DNA of 64,000 nucleotides from a virus. The position numbers were made by a program, and so were the translations under genes. The notes beneath the pieces are model-generated. The model had not been told where the DNA came from. It did no database searches and saw only the letters and a program-made list of their open reading frames with translations. How positions within the stretch are numbered: the stretch's first letter is position 1; each line of letters starts with the position of its first letter. The stretch lies in the IMG/VR virus record IMGVR_UViG_3300025014_000002, one strand, 5' to 3'. Of the stretch, positions 11,231 through 21,370 are shown one piece after another.

Positions 11231-14200
11231 TTAATGTGATGCTACTGGAAAGCTAACTGCTGTAATACTGTCGCCTACTGCTAAAGCAAAGCGAACGTAA
11301 ATGTAGTTACCTGTACTATTGTGACTAGATTCTGTACCAAAAGTTACTGTGGTGCTTGAGTTAGTTACTGTCGAGCCAACTGGCATTGTGCCGCCCAATC
11401 CACAACCTTCACTACCGTTTCCACCTACCCCTGTTCCAGGTACGCCTGCGCCGCCGTAAGACACAGTTGGATCAATCCATCCGTTGCTTGGTGCTGCTGT
11501 GGTATCTAATAATGAGCCTGGCATTGCCACGTGGCAAGCGGTAACTTTACCGCTAAACTTGATGTCAAATTTCGACGTTGCGTCTTTAGTAATACGGAAT
11601 GTTATGTATTGAGTAGATGCTTGGCCGGACAAGTCTGGACCAACTGGGAAATAACCAGTGCTGTAGTTTGTAGTATCTGCTTTAGCAATACCAGCAACTA
11701 CTGCGGCTTCGTATGTTGCTAACGCTGCAGTGCTATCCCACGCTGTGATTCCGGTCAATACTGGAGTGGCACCTGTTGCCAAGCCACCAACACGAACTGC
11801 GGTTAATGATCCGCCTGATCCAAATGCGCCAACTACTACGTTGTTTTCATTTACTTTAGCGGTGTCTGATGTGTTAAGTGTCAAAACTGTTCCTCCTGGA
11901 GTTGCTGTACCTGATCCTGTAGCATAACTGTTAGCAACGTAGTAGGTTGGGCCTGCTGTTGAGCTTCCTGTTACGTTCAGTGTATTTACTGTTGTAGAAA
12001 ATGTTGCGTTTCCTGATGCTACATACAAGTTACGTGCCAGCGGAGTTGTTACCCCTGCAGCAGCATAAGTTACGCTAGATGGAGCGCCAAACGAGCCACC
12101 TGCTGTACCAGTTAAGAATGTATCAGATGCTGGATACATATCACCAGACAGTTTTGTAGCTGTACCAGTTCCTGTCCAAACAGTAGTGCTCGTGTAGTGC
12201 GGAACGCCTGAGCTCTTTGCTATGACTTCAGTTGTTGGAGCAAATGTTGAGCTTGTAACCACCGGAGTACCAGGTGCGCTGGCATCATAGTACCATACTG
12301 GAGTGTTAGTGGCGGTGCCTGCTGTGTCAGTCAAGTAGACTTCGTTCCAACCTTCAGTTACTGTGCCAGATGCTGTTGCGTCAAAGCTGGTCCAGAAATT
12401 CAACGCTGTTGAGGTTTTTGTACCGTAGTCAACGTTGTCACTTATCACCAAGTCGCCGTAAGTACCACCATTGGCTGTTCCTGGCACCATAACATGTGAG
12501 CCAGCAGCGGCGCCGTTTTTCATTACAGATACAGTGCCTGAATCACCAGGGCCAACGTCGTTAATATTGTTTACGCTGTAAGTGTTGGCACGTTTGTAAG
12601 ACGGAACGGTTGAACCAGCAGCGAGTTGCTTGCTACCTGTTATTGTGTTGTTTGTCTGTGTAAAATCTGCCATACGCAAGCCACTTGACGTGCTAGCGAT
12701 TGCGATCGTTGTTGCGTTAGGGAACACTGGTGGGGCTGGCGGAACCAGTTTGCCCAAGATTTCGTTCAGTTTGTCAACCGCATCGGTTACCATCGTGCCC
12801 GTTGTGAAGGTTGAGATCGCTGGAGTGTTGTCTACCAAGGTCCCTACTGTAGGAGTGCCTAGGGTAATCACGTTACCAGTTACGGCTGCGCCGAATGGTT
12901 GGAAGGATGCTACACCAGCGCCGTCTGTTACCAACACGGAGCCTGCTACGCCGTCTACTTGGGGCAGTGTTACACTACCAACCTTAACTGCACCGGTCGC
13001 TGTCAACACTACATCGCCAGTCGAGGTGATATCGTTTCCTGACACTACGATGTTACCCAGTGTCGAAGCACCAGTTACACCCAATGCCATGCCTACGTTC
13101 AAATTCTTGGCTACACCAACGCCGCCAGCTACTGTAAACGCACCGTTTGTAGGTGCTGTGCTCTGTGTCGTGCTAGTCACTGTCGAATCGCCTGTCATGC
13201 TAGCTGAAGCTAGGGTGGCAAGGCTTGATGTTGACAACGTTGTGAAGCTACCTGTGCTACCGCTGATTGCGCTATTAGTGATCGGGGTGTTAGAAATAGC
13301 ACCGCCAGTAATCTGTGCGTTAGCTGTCGTCAAGGAAGTTACTGAAGTAGCTGCTAATGTAGTTGCTCCAGATGCTGCTAATGTTGTAAAGCTACCAGTC
13401 ATGTTGCTGATCGAGCCAGTCGTTGCTGGGTTGATCGTTACTGTGCCAGTTCCTGTAGGTTGTAAACTGATTACAGCGTTAGAGCCGTTAGCAGTGAACG
13501 CGCCAGTATCAACAATGCTTGTGAAGGTTGCTGCGCCAGGGGTCGTATTGCCAATCGTTGTTCCGTCAATTGTTCCGCCCGTCACGGTTACGTTACTGGA
13601 CACTACGTTACCAGAAAACGTGCTACCTGACCCAGATATAACCAAGTTTTCTACGGTTACTGTACCGCCAGAACCTGGTGTAAGGGCTAAGTTACCGCCT
13701 GTTCCACTGACAGTTGCACCGTTAACGGTAAACACGTTACCATACACGTTAGAAAACTGTGCTACTGCTGAGCCCAAATCATATGTGTTTGTTGCGCCAG
13801 GAACTGCGGTTGCGTTAAAAACAATATTACCAGTTCCGTTAGGGTCTAGCACAATGTTTTCATTTACACCGCTTGATGAAATGATGGCATTGGGTGACGT
13901 TGAGCCACCAATCACGATAGACGATTCTACAATAATGTTTCCGACCGTAACGTCGGCATAACCGCTGTTGTCAATAGAGCCAACTGTACCGCCGGTTTCA
14001 GTTGTTTTGAGTGCTTCAAACGATTGCGATGTTTCGTTCCATATCCAAGCTGTATTAAAACCACCGCTTAGATTGCGGTTAACTACAAAACCAACATCAT
14101 AAGATGGTGTCCCAGTGTAACCGTTGTTAAACATGATCAACGGATCGTTAACATAAGTGTTTGTGCTTGAAATAGTGCTTGATTGCCCCATAACTGCCAA

Positions 14201-14338
14201 GTTACCAACGATGGTAATATTGGAGTTTAGGGTAAGCTCTGGATTAAACAACGTGCCGACCAATGTAGAATCGGCGATTTTTTCATACGTGATTGTTTTA
14301 TCAAAAATCTGATTATTGCGAATGCGTGTAACTGCCAT
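11231..14338 (-). CDS. Virion structural/fibre-associated protein (1035 aa)
   Basis: Long ORF; T/G/S-rich middle; C-terminal domain (QYITFRI...NGWIDP...GGNGSEGCG) and a TDAVDKLNEIL motif shared with the 16005-19334 protein. Confidence 0.7.
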   Translation of the reverse strand: MAVTRIRNNQIFDKTITYEKIADSTLVGTLFNPELTLNSNITIVGNLAVMGQSSTISSTNTYVNDPLIMFNNGYTGTPSYDVGFVVNRNLSGGFNTAWIWNETSQSFEALKTTETGGTVGSIDNSGYADVTVGNIIVESSIVIGGSTSPNAIISSSGVNENIVLDPNGTGNIVFNATAVPGATNTYDLGSAVAQFSNVYGNVFTVNGATVSGTGGNLALTPGSGGTVTVENLVISGSGSTFSGNVVSSNVTVTGGTIDGTTIGNTTPGAATFTSIVDTGAFTANGSNAVISLQPTGTGTVTINPATTGSISNMTGSFTTLAASGATTLAATSVTSLTTANAQITGGAISNTPITNSAISGSTGSFTTLSTSSLATLASASMTGDSTVTSTTQSTAPTNGAFTVAGGVGVAKNLNVGMALGVTGASTLGNIVVSGNDITSTGDVVLTATGAVKVGSVTLPQVDGVAGSVLVTDGAGVASFQPFGAAVTGNVITLGTPTVGTLVDNTPAISTFTTGTMVTDAVDKLNEILGKLVPPAPPVFPNATTIAIASTSSGLRMADFTQTNNTITGSKQLAAGSTVPSYKRANTYSVNNINDVGPGDSGTVSVMKNGAAAGSHVMVPGTANGGTYGDLVISDNVDYGTKTSTALNFWTSFDATASGTVTEGWNEVYLTDTAGTATNTPVWYYDASAPGTPVVTSSTFAPTTEVIAKSSGVPHYTSTTVWTGTGTATKLSGDMYPASDTFLTGTAGGSFGAPSSVTYAAAGVTTPLARNLYVASGNATFSTTVNTLNVTGSSTAGPTYYVANSYATGSGTATPGGTVLTLNTSDTAKVNENNVVVGAFGSGGSLTAVRVGGLATGATPVLTGITAWDSTAALATYEAAVVAGIAKADTTNYSTGYFPVGPDLSGQASTQYITFRITKDATSKFDIKFSGKVTACHVAMPGSLLDTTAAPSNGWIDPTVSYGGAGVPGTGVGGNGSEGCGLGGTMPVGSTVTNSSTTVTFGTESSHNSTGNYIYVRFALAVGDSITAVSFPVASH

Positions 14339-14361
14339 AGTAATGACTCCTTAACATATTG

Positions 14362-14368
14362 TATTTAC
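14362..14368 (-). promoter_or_regulatory. Late promoter motif GTAAATA
   Basis: TAAATA about 24 nt upstream of ATG at 14338, with AAGGAG RBS between. Confidence 0.6.
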
Positions 14369-14419
14369 CCAAAATCGCAAAAAACTACTGATTACAATAG
14401 TTTTTTAAATACACACACA

Positions 14420-15997
14420 TTAAAGAGTGAAATATGTTTTCTTAACTTTGATTTGCGTGTTTGGTGTAGAGCTTGCCGCGGTTATGCCACATATTCCAGC
14501 AGAAACATAGGCACCATAAGTAATAGCTGTAGCCCCATTGTTTGTCATTGGCATAGCAGTAACCATTACCTCTGACGTTACCCCGTTGTGTGCCACATAT
14601 AGATCAGCCAGTTGGCGGTTACCGTCGTTTGCTGTGATAGATAGCGTATATTTTGCTGACGCATACACACCAATGCTAAATGTATCTATTATTTGCGGCA
14701 AAAAGTTTACCAGAATAGGTGTTGAATCGATCACCGTTGAGTCGCCACCAGTTGCAAGCGGGCTTACAGACATTGTCATAAATCGCACAATAATAATATC
14801 GTTTACTGCTGGTGGTGATGCGAAAGTTATACTATTTCCTACTACTGTATATGCGACATCAGCCGTCTGAACTACACCGTTTATAGTAACTAACAGATTT
14901 TGGGCAATGGCTGGCTGTGTTAGCGTGAAAGTATCGTCTATCGCGTTACCAACAAGAGTTTGACTCTCTATTTGTGCTTGAGAACTAATCCAGTCCGTGC
15001 CGTTGTAATACTCTAGCGTCATTGAAGTTGTGTTAAATCTCACATAACCAATGGCTGGGGTTCCTGGTCGCTCTACTGTTGTCCCGGTTGGCACTTGGAA
15101 TGCTGCTGTAGAGTTGACTGACAAAATATTAGAGGCGGTAGACAGTTGGTTACCAGTTATCGTTACTCCTGACACCACAACATTAGTTTCAAACGCTGTC
15201 AGCGTAGGAGTTCCATTTACTGTAATCGCTACTTTCTTAATAGGGGTTGAACTTACGCTTACAGAGCTATTCGTATCTGAAATCGTGTTACCTGTCAGTG
15301 TTGTTACTGCATTGTTGACATATTGAACAGATGCTGCGTCTGTCAAGTTTACTGGATACCCTACATTAGCTAGTATTGCCCCACCAAAGTTAATAGAACT
15401 GGTAGTCCCTAGTATGTTGCTAACTGTAATAGTGTCAAATACACCAGTTGCAATGCTCTGCAGCCCTTTAAGGCCAACATACCTTGCTCCAGCAATGAAA
15501 ATCTGCTTTCCAGTAAAGTCAACGGCTGGAAGGTTGTCACCAATGAAGTGTAATGCCCCAGACGAGTAGTCAAACAACCACTCATCGTTGTTATTCGCAC
15601 CCGCAGGGAACAGTTGAGTTCCATACAGTTGCGGATTAGTTTCCCCAATGTTGGCTAGGTAGACTTTAACTAAATAAGTTGCTCCAAACTGGAATGGAAT
15701 CCAGTCGCGCAAGTTAGTAAGCCAAGTTCTGTCATCTGCTGCAGTAATATCTTTAACGCAGGCGACGGTTGGGCGAGACGCACTGTCCGAGTATACTGCA
15801 ACCGTTGTGGTATCAGTTGCTGGGATAACTGGCGGGATGAGGTGGGAGTTGACCCAAATCTCACTGCCAGGTAAGAATGGTAGACTTGAGATGCTTTCGT
15901 TCGTAGCGTCTTTACTAGCAGGCAGATCAGTCTTAGATACTCCGTATCCAATCTTTTTCCATAAAAAGTCAACTTGCTGATTTACGCTGATTGTCAT
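14420..15997 (-). CDS. Virion structural protein; compact paralogue of the 2658 aa fibre
   Basis: N-terminus MTISVNQQVDFLWKKIGYGVSKTD vs MAISDTQKIDDLYKKLVFGVTKTD; C-terminus IDTFSIGVYASAKY vs IDTFAAATYRSAKY. Confidence 0.7.
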   Translation of the reverse strand: MTISVNQQVDFLWKKIGYGVSKTDLPASKDATNESISSLPFLPGSEIWVNSHLIPPVIPATDTTTVAVYSDSASRPTVACVKDITAADDRTWLTNLRDWIPFQFGATYLVKVYLANIGETNPQLYGTQLFPAGANNNDEWLFDYSSGALHFIGDNLPAVDFTGKQIFIAGARYVGLKGLQSIATGVFDTITVSNILGTTSSINFGGAILANVGYPVNLTDAASVQYVNNAVTTLTGNTISDTNSSVSVSSTPIKKVAITVNGTPTLTAFETNVVVSGVTITGNQLSTASNILSVNSTAAFQVPTGTTVERPGTPAIGYVRFNTTSMTLEYYNGTDWISSQAQIESQTLVGNAIDDTFTLTQPAIAQNLLVTINGVVQTADVAYTVVGNSITFASPPAVNDIIIVRFMTMSVSPLATGGDSTVIDSTPILVNFLPQIIDTFSIGVYASAKYTLSITANDGNRQLADLYVAHNGVTSEVMVTAMPMTNNGATAITYGAYVSAGICGITAASSTPNTQIKVKKTYFTL

Positions 15998-16004
15998 ACT
16001 GTTC

Positions 16005-19000
16005 CTATTCTATGCTGATGCTGGTTAGGCTGTCGCCAGGGGCTAGCTCAACACAGACTAAAATCTCGTTGGCGAATGCGTTACTAGCATTTTCGCTGCC
16101 TAAAGTCAAGACAGATGAGTGATTCGTTACCAAGATTCCTGCTGGTAAGACATCGCCTGCTGTTTTTGCGCATCCATCACTGCCGTTACCACCTGCGGTT
16201 GTGTTTCCTCCAGGCACCCCTACCCCAGCGTAGGGCGTGGAGGCGGTTAGCCACCCGTTGTTTGTGCTCGTGCTGTCTATCTGTGTTCCTGGTGCTGCGA
16301 TGGTAAGGGAAGTGATCTTGCCTGAATACTTGACAGTGAAATTCGCCATCACTGTGCGATGGAACGCAAATCTGAAGAACTGTGAGCCCGTGCGTCCGCT
16401 CAGGTTTGGGCCAGGTGGGAGGTAGGTGCTGTAGTCAGTAGTGTCGTTCGTTACCGTTCCATGGCGCAGGATCGCCTCGTCGCTCGTGCTGACTGCGATA
16501 CTGCCAGTGAATGGCGAGTTTGTGTAGTAGCCCAGTGCTGGGTTGAAGGCCGGTGTTGGACCAGTGCCTGCAATGTAGACCCTTGTTCCGTTGTCTGTGT
16601 AGCCACTGCCCAAGGTAGAGCGAACAGGAATGGACCATTCGCTCATCCATCCTGACGGCGTGGAACCTGCGGTCACGTTCAGGGTGATGGGCAGGGTAGT
16701 GGTTCCGACTCCGTTTACGTTCAGTAGGGTCGCTGTTGCGGTTACCGGGACTTGAGCGGTTCCGGTTACTGGGATGATCAGGTTGCCCAGGGTGTAGGCG
16801 GATGACGATCCAGTCTCTGCGTTTGGCACGCCGCTGACCAGGTAAGGCACGCTGCCTTCAATGCCAGCGTATGAGAAGGTGGCGGCTGTGCTGCCCAGTG
16901 CTGACAACTGGACAGTGAGTGGCGTTGCTGTGCTGCGATAGGTTTGACCAATCCAGTTGGTGACACTGACACCTGCTACGCTGATTTGCCCACCTGTTGC
17001 AAAGTATGGGATGCCTGAAATCCACTCTGCACTGCCTAACGCCGCTACTGACGCGGTCATGTTAGCCATGTTGAGTTGAGGCACTTGGGTTACGCTATCT
17101 TTGACAAACTGCAGCTCTGGTGTGCTGCCTGTAGTAGAATGGGTGATGTCGAATGAGTTGACCCCAACTGGTAACGACACGCTTGAGCGTGCTATTTGGC
17201 CGCTGAACACCTTGTAAAAGTTGCTTGGGTAGATCGCTTGATTGACAGTGTGAGCATCAACGTCTGCTGTCACTACCAATGCTCCGTAAGTGCCTACGTC
17301 GTTGCCGCCAGTGAGCGTTACTGTTCCGTCGACTACCCCGTTTACATACGCAGATAGCGACCCTGCGTCTGCGTTGTATACATCGAGCAGTAGTGAAGTT
17401 GCGACTGGGCCAGTTGTGACGCGAATCACCGAACTTGACGGCAGCGGCGGCGTTGAAATCGTATTTACTGTTGCGTTTGCTGCCAAGAGTGGGGACACAC
17501 CCTCTGACGCTAGCGACAGAATCTTTGAGCCTAGCCCGTCTGGTGGTGCTGGTGGCAGTTTAACGTCGACGTAAGCTGATTTAGATACCGTATCATCAGT
17601 TAACGTTAGACTGGTTGGACCAGTTGCTTGAAGTGATACTGAATACGTTCCTTGCGCCGCATACCCGATATCAGCTGGATTTTGAAGGGTGTCAGTAACT
17701 CCATTGCCAAAGTCCCATAAGTAGGCAGTAGTGTTGATTGACTGGTTGGTAAAGTGAAACACGTTACGCTGAACGCCATTCAAGTCTGTAAATAGGTAAC
17801 CTGTTTGCGCAGTATCCCCAATCCTATCGCTCACGGCCAACGCTGTGCCCGTAAATGCTGCAGTGGGCGCTACGTTTACTGTGATTGGAGTAGAGGGAGA
17901 GATGAATGGACTTGCTGTATTACCATTTACTGCCTTTAAGGTAACGTTGAATACTTGCCCAATCGTCGGATTAGATAGCGTATAAGTATGAACTAACGGC
18001 ACTGCCACATCACCAGGTGCTGACACACCAATGTTTACTGTTTGTGTAGTTCCATCACCGAAGTCCCAAATATAATGGTTACCGGAAAAAAGTGATGTGT
18101 TCGCTGGGCCGTGAACTGTTGTATTTGTAAAAGTTACAGTCAAACCGTTTGGCGGCAGGTTATGCTGGTTATTTCCAGACGTTGGTGTAGCGGTAAAGGT
18201 TGGTGTATGAGCGTTAAACACGCTTACTTGAGTAACTGCTGAATCAACAGATATGCCACCCGGCGCTGCCGTTGAGCTGGTAGCTTTGATCTTTACGTCA
18301 TACTTACTATCAGTTAGAGTGTTAAAATATTGGTGTATGGCTGGGGTTCCTGCTGGCCCGCCTACCGCAGTGTTTGATGCCACAGTTGTTACTTGCCCAT
18401 CGCCCCAGTAAATAAGGTATGAATCAGCATACTGACTCGTATTTGTTAAGGTAACTGTATCGCCTTCGTTCAGCGTAGTCTTGTTAAGAGTAAAACTTGG
18501 AATAGGAGCATTGGTAAATAGCTGAATATACCCAAGTTTAGTTACCTCAGCGTAGCATCCTGGCGAGTTCCCAGCATTTGGACCATTGGTGTTTAATGCT
18601 TTAACATATATGTCAAAACTTCCGCCTGATGTGTTATTGTATGTATGAGACACTGAGCCACCAGCGGAAACAAGAGTGTTGCCATCTCCAAAGTTCCATT
18701 CGTATCTATTTGGGTTACCTACTACCGTTGGAGTAAAAGTAACTGCTAACGGATTAGGTCCAGTAGTTGCATTTGCTGTGAAATCAACTGATGAAACAAA
18801 AGTTCCGTTATAGACGTTAAGCAGCACTCTGTTTAAAATATCTACTGCATCAGTTACTTTAGTTCCTGAACTCCACTGTTTGTATGCTGCATCAACTACT
18901 AATGAGGTGTCTGATGGGGTTCCTAACCCTATTTGCATACCCGTCAAATCAACTAACTGACTCAATGATCCTATATCTTGCCAGGCTAGATTACCTGAGC

Positions 19001-19334
19001 CATCTGTGACCATGACATGGTTAGGGGCGCCGCCAGAAATCTTGACATGAGTAATAGGGCCAACATTGATGTCGCCTAGTCCGTTGTTAGCGTTTAGGGT
19101 AAGAGACGTATCAGACGATATGGTTGTGTCAGATATCTTGACATTAGCTAGTTTTGACGAACCCGCAACCGTAAATGTCTCAGTAGTCGCGAACGCGCTC
19201 GTGTTAATCGCAGCACGGAACTGTGAAAAGTTCAACGACAATAGAGTCTTACTGTCTGTAGTGAAATCTAGATCAACACCTTGACGATCAAGATCTGATT
19301 TTAGAGATGGGCCTGATATTTTTCCAATCGTCAT
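16005..19334 (-). CDS. PKD-repeat virion protein (1109 aa)
   Basis: Four PKD-like motifs (YEWNFGDG, YLIYWGDG, YIWDFGDG, YLWDFGNG); C-terminal domain paralogous to the 11231-14338 protein. Confidence 0.7.
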   Translation of the reverse strand: MTIGKISGPSLKSDLDRQGVDLDFTTDSKTLLSLNFSQFRAAINTSAFATTETFTVAGSSKLANVKISDTTISSDTSLTLNANNGLGDINVGPITHVKISGGAPNHVMVTDGSGNLAWQDIGSLSQLVDLTGMQIGLGTPSDTSLVVDAAYKQWSSGTKVTDAVDILNRVLLNVYNGTFVSSVDFTANATTGPNPLAVTFTPTVVGNPNRYEWNFGDGNTLVSAGGSVSHTYNNTSGGSFDIYVKALNTNGPNAGNSPGCYAEVTKLGYIQLFTNAPIPSFTLNKTTLNEGDTVTLTNTSQYADSYLIYWGDGQVTTVASNTAVGGPAGTPAIHQYFNTLTDSKYDVKIKATSSTAAPGGISVDSAVTQVSVFNAHTPTFTATPTSGNNQHNLPPNGLTVTFTNTTVHGPANTSLFSGNHYIWDFGDGTTQTVNIGVSAPGDVAVPLVHTYTLSNPTIGQVFNVTLKAVNGNTASPFISPSTPITVNVAPTAAFTGTALAVSDRIGDTAQTGYLFTDLNGVQRNVFHFTNQSINTTAYLWDFGNGVTDTLQNPADIGYAAQGTYSVSLQATGPTSLTLTDDTVSKSAYVDVKLPPAPPDGLGSKILSLASEGVSPLLAANATVNTISTPPLPSSSVIRVTTGPVATSLLLDVYNADAGSLSAYVNGVVDGTVTLTGGNDVGTYGALVVTADVDAHTVNQAIYPSNFYKVFSGQIARSSVSLPVGVNSFDITHSTTGSTPELQFVKDSVTQVPQLNMANMTASVAALGSAEWISGIPYFATGGQISVAGVSVTNWIGQTYRSTATPLTVQLSALGSTAATFSYAGIEGSVPYLVSGVPNAETGSSSAYTLGNLIIPVTGTAQVPVTATATLLNVNGVGTTTLPITLNVTAGSTPSGWMSEWSIPVRSTLGSGYTDNGTRVYIAGTGPTPAFNPALGYYTNSPFTGSIAVSTSDEAILRHGTVTNDTTDYSTYLPPGPNLSGRTGSQFFRFAFHRTVMANFTVKYSGKITSLTIAAPGTQIDSTSTNNGWLTASTPYAGVGVPGGNTTAGGNGSDGCAKTAGDVLPAGILVTNHSSVLTLGSENASNAFANEILVCVELAPGDSLTSISIE

Positions 19335-19351
19335 GTTGTCATATTCTCACG

Positions 19352-19786
19352 TTAATAGGTTGCAGTGCTATTGAATCCATGCAGTATAACTATAGTCAAG
19401 CCTATATTTGGCGCGGAGGTAAAGGTAACTATATTAGATCCATCAAAAGTGTAAGCCACACCAGGGTTTTGATGAACGTTACCAACGAAAATCATAACCT
19501 CTGCTTCTTTACCTGCGTTGTATGGTATTGCCATTCCAAATGCCGTTGTAACCCCATCACCTGTATGAGTTATTTTGTTGATTTCAGATTTACCAACTAC
19601 TGCTAGTTGTTTCCAGCTTGGAAATCCATACCCGGGGTCAACATAGATTTCCATACCGCCTGTGTCAGTGTTATACCTTATTTGACCATTTTGCGGAGCC
19701 GTTGGGCCAAGAGAGTTAGTGCCAACTGGAACCCTAGCAGCATAGCTTCCTGTATGTATTTGAGCATTTTTAACAAAACGTCCCAT
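19352..19786 (-). CDS. Small virion structural protein built from fibre-family modules
   Basis: VPVGT..GP...GQIRYNT and TGDGVTTAF...VHQNPGVAYT...FTSAP motifs match the C-terminal modules of the 525 and 2658 aa proteins. Confidence 0.6.
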   Translation of the reverse strand: MGRFVKNAQIHTGSYAARVPVGTNSLGPTAPQNGQIRYNTDTGGMEIYVDPGYGFPSWKQLAVVGKSEINKITHTGDGVTTAFGMAIPYNAGKEAEVMIFVGNVHQNPGVAYTFDGSNIVTFTSAPNIGLTIVILHGFNSTATY

Positions 19787-19787
19787 A

Positions 19788-20099
19788 TTAGATACCTATT
19801 GAAATAGTAGTAGCTACCACTGCCGCGTTGCCAGTATCAGAAGTAGCTTGCAACGTGTCATCGGTTTCCAGAATTAGTTTTTCAGTATCAATGACATAAG
19901 TATCTCCTGCAGCAATTGGAAGTTGATAATAAATTATGTTAGACGTAGACGGGGTGGTATTTGCTTTGCAAGCATGCAAATCAACCCTAACTGTACTGCT
20001 ACTTGTGTTGCACAAATAAATCGTAGTCACGGCATTTTCGCCATAGCTATGATAAATTTCTTGATAGTAAGTATCCAATGAGGTGTTTGTAATAGCCAT
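19788..20099 (-). CDS. Hypothetical structural protein (103 aa)
   Basis: Tightly packed in the operon, 1 nt from the next gene. Confidence 0.6.
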   Translation of the reverse strand: MAITNTSLDTYYQEIYHSYGENAVTTIYLCNTSSSTVRVDLHACKANTTPSTSNIIYYQLPIAAGDTYVIDTEKLILETDDTLQATSDTGNAAVVATTISIGI

Positions 20100-20107
20100 A
20101 AAATTTC

Positions 20108-20752
20108 CTAAAATATAATTGAGTAAACAATCGCTTTACGCTTTGTTATTAACTCAGACGGGGTACTGTTAGTTAGTGTAGTAACATATAAACCTGTGGC
20201 ACCACCAAGCGGAGAACCCGCAACTATTGACGTAGTGTCGCTGGGTGTGGTAATAGTTAACGGAGTATTAACGATGTTAACAGCCGTCGTTGGAGCAAGA
20301 TTGATGCCTGCCAACGATGTAATGTCAAAACCGTTTACATCAAGAGCTCCACCAAGTTGAGGTGACAAGTCTTCTACCACGTTTGTCAAGAATCCTGTGC
20401 CAGTTGAAGTAGCAATATTTTTAACGGTTACTCCGTCATCAATCTGCCAGGTATCTGTTGTTTCGTTCCAAAGCAGGGTGGCGGAGGGTGATGAACCACG
20501 ATTTACTGAAATCCCAGCATTTGTAGTAGGTGCGGCATTAGCGTCTAACCCAGCATTCAATGTAATAATGTTGTCAAACAAGTTAGTATTAGTTGAGTTG
20601 ATGGTAGTCTGTGTTCCAAACACTGTCAGGTTACCGTGAACTGTCAACTCAGCATCATTACGTGACGATGCACCAATGGTAACTTGAGTGCTTACACCAG
20701 GTTGAGCCTCAATTTTGTATGGGCCAGATACTTTTTTAACTATGTTTGCCAT
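20108..20752 (-). CDS. Virion structural protein with fibre-family module
   Basis: GNLTVFGTQTTINSTN...DNIITLNAG...AGISVNRG...LLWNETTDTW module also present in the large fibre genes. Confidence 0.6.
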   Translation of the reverse strand: MANIVKKVSGPYKIEAQPGVSTQVTIGASSRNDAELTVHGNLTVFGTQTTINSTNTNLFDNIITLNAGLDANAAPTTNAGISVNRGSSPSATLLWNETTDTWQIDDGVTVKNIATSTGTGFLTNVVEDLSPQLGGALDVNGFDITSLAGINLAPTTAVNIVNTPLTITTPSDTTSIVAGSPLGGATGLYVTTLTNSTPSELITKRKAIVYSIIF

Positions 20753-20770
20753 ATTTTTCCACCTATCTTG

Positions 20771-20778
20771 TATTTATG
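20771..20778 (-). promoter_or_regulatory. Late promoter motif CATAAATA
   Basis: TAAATA 19 nt upstream of ATG at 20752. Confidence 0.6.
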
Positions 20779-20845
20779 CTCGCGAAGAAAAGATAGAAAA
20801 AGGCAGCGAGATGCTGCCTTTAACGTGATTACTATTGCCAATCAA

Positions 20846-21289
20846 TTAAACTTCGGCATCGCCTTCAAGGTTAGTGGCGGCAGTTAAAGGAACGTCATCG
20901 GCAGTTCCAGGGATCAAATCAGGTCCCGGATCAGTTACGCCAGCTTCTTCAACTTGAACAGCACCATCTGTAGTAGAAGTGCTAAAGTTCCACGGAAATG
21001 ATCCGTCTACTGTAGTAATTTTGTTTGCTGTGATTTTTAGCACTTGTTTAACGACACCAGCATCAGTTTTGACTGACACTGACATTTCGCCAGGCAACAA
21101 TGCGCCAGCTGCCTTGGCGACCAAAATGCATACTGCTTGATTTCCAGCTTTATCTTGACACAAATAGCGGCGAGAGCCTTTTTGCGATACAATGAAACCT
21201 GGCTTTGAAGCAGTTCCATTGTTAAACTGAACTTTGATATTATCGGCTGCTGTGCTACCGAAAAATGATTTTTTTAGAGGTCTTCCCAT
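20846..21289 (-). CDS. Hypothetical virion protein downstream of the capsid region (147 aa)
   Basis: Strong RBS (AAGGAG), own late promoter at 21363-21370. Confidence 0.7.
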   Translation of the reverse strand: MGRPLKKSFFGSTAADNIKVQFNNGTASKPGFIVSQKGSRRYLCQDKAGNQAVCILVAKAAGALLPGEMSVSVKTDAGVVKQVLKITANKITTVDGSFPWNFSTSTTDGAVQVEEAGVTDPGPDLIPGTADDVPLTAATNLEGDAEV

Positions 21290-21362
21290 TTTGTTTTCTC
21301 CTTAAATAGCGTTCTAGGCTCTACGCAGAATGGGTCTGCATAATAGTTTACTTGAACATAGT

Positions 21363-21370
21363 TATTTATC
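21363..21370 (-). promoter_or_regulatory. Late promoter motif GATAAATA
   Basis: Same motif as at 113, 45318 and 51215. Confidence 0.6.

Noticed and set aside
711-13961. Long plus-strand ORFs (e.g. 5041-6039, 8278-9855, 12630-13961) rich in V/P/A
   Set aside because: They are antisense shadows of the repetitive T/G/S-rich fibre genes; they lack RBS or promoters and have no recognisable domains
19386-19400. ATAACTATAGTCAAG matches one possible reconstruction of the TnpB empty site
   Set aside because: It gives only about 9 nt of guide match, depends on a less favoured junction choice, and lies inside a coding sequence; probably chance
122-20752. Diversity-generating retroelement acting on the fibre genes
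   Set aside because: No reverse transcriptase in the window, and the repeat copies differ at silent positions rather than specifically at adenines
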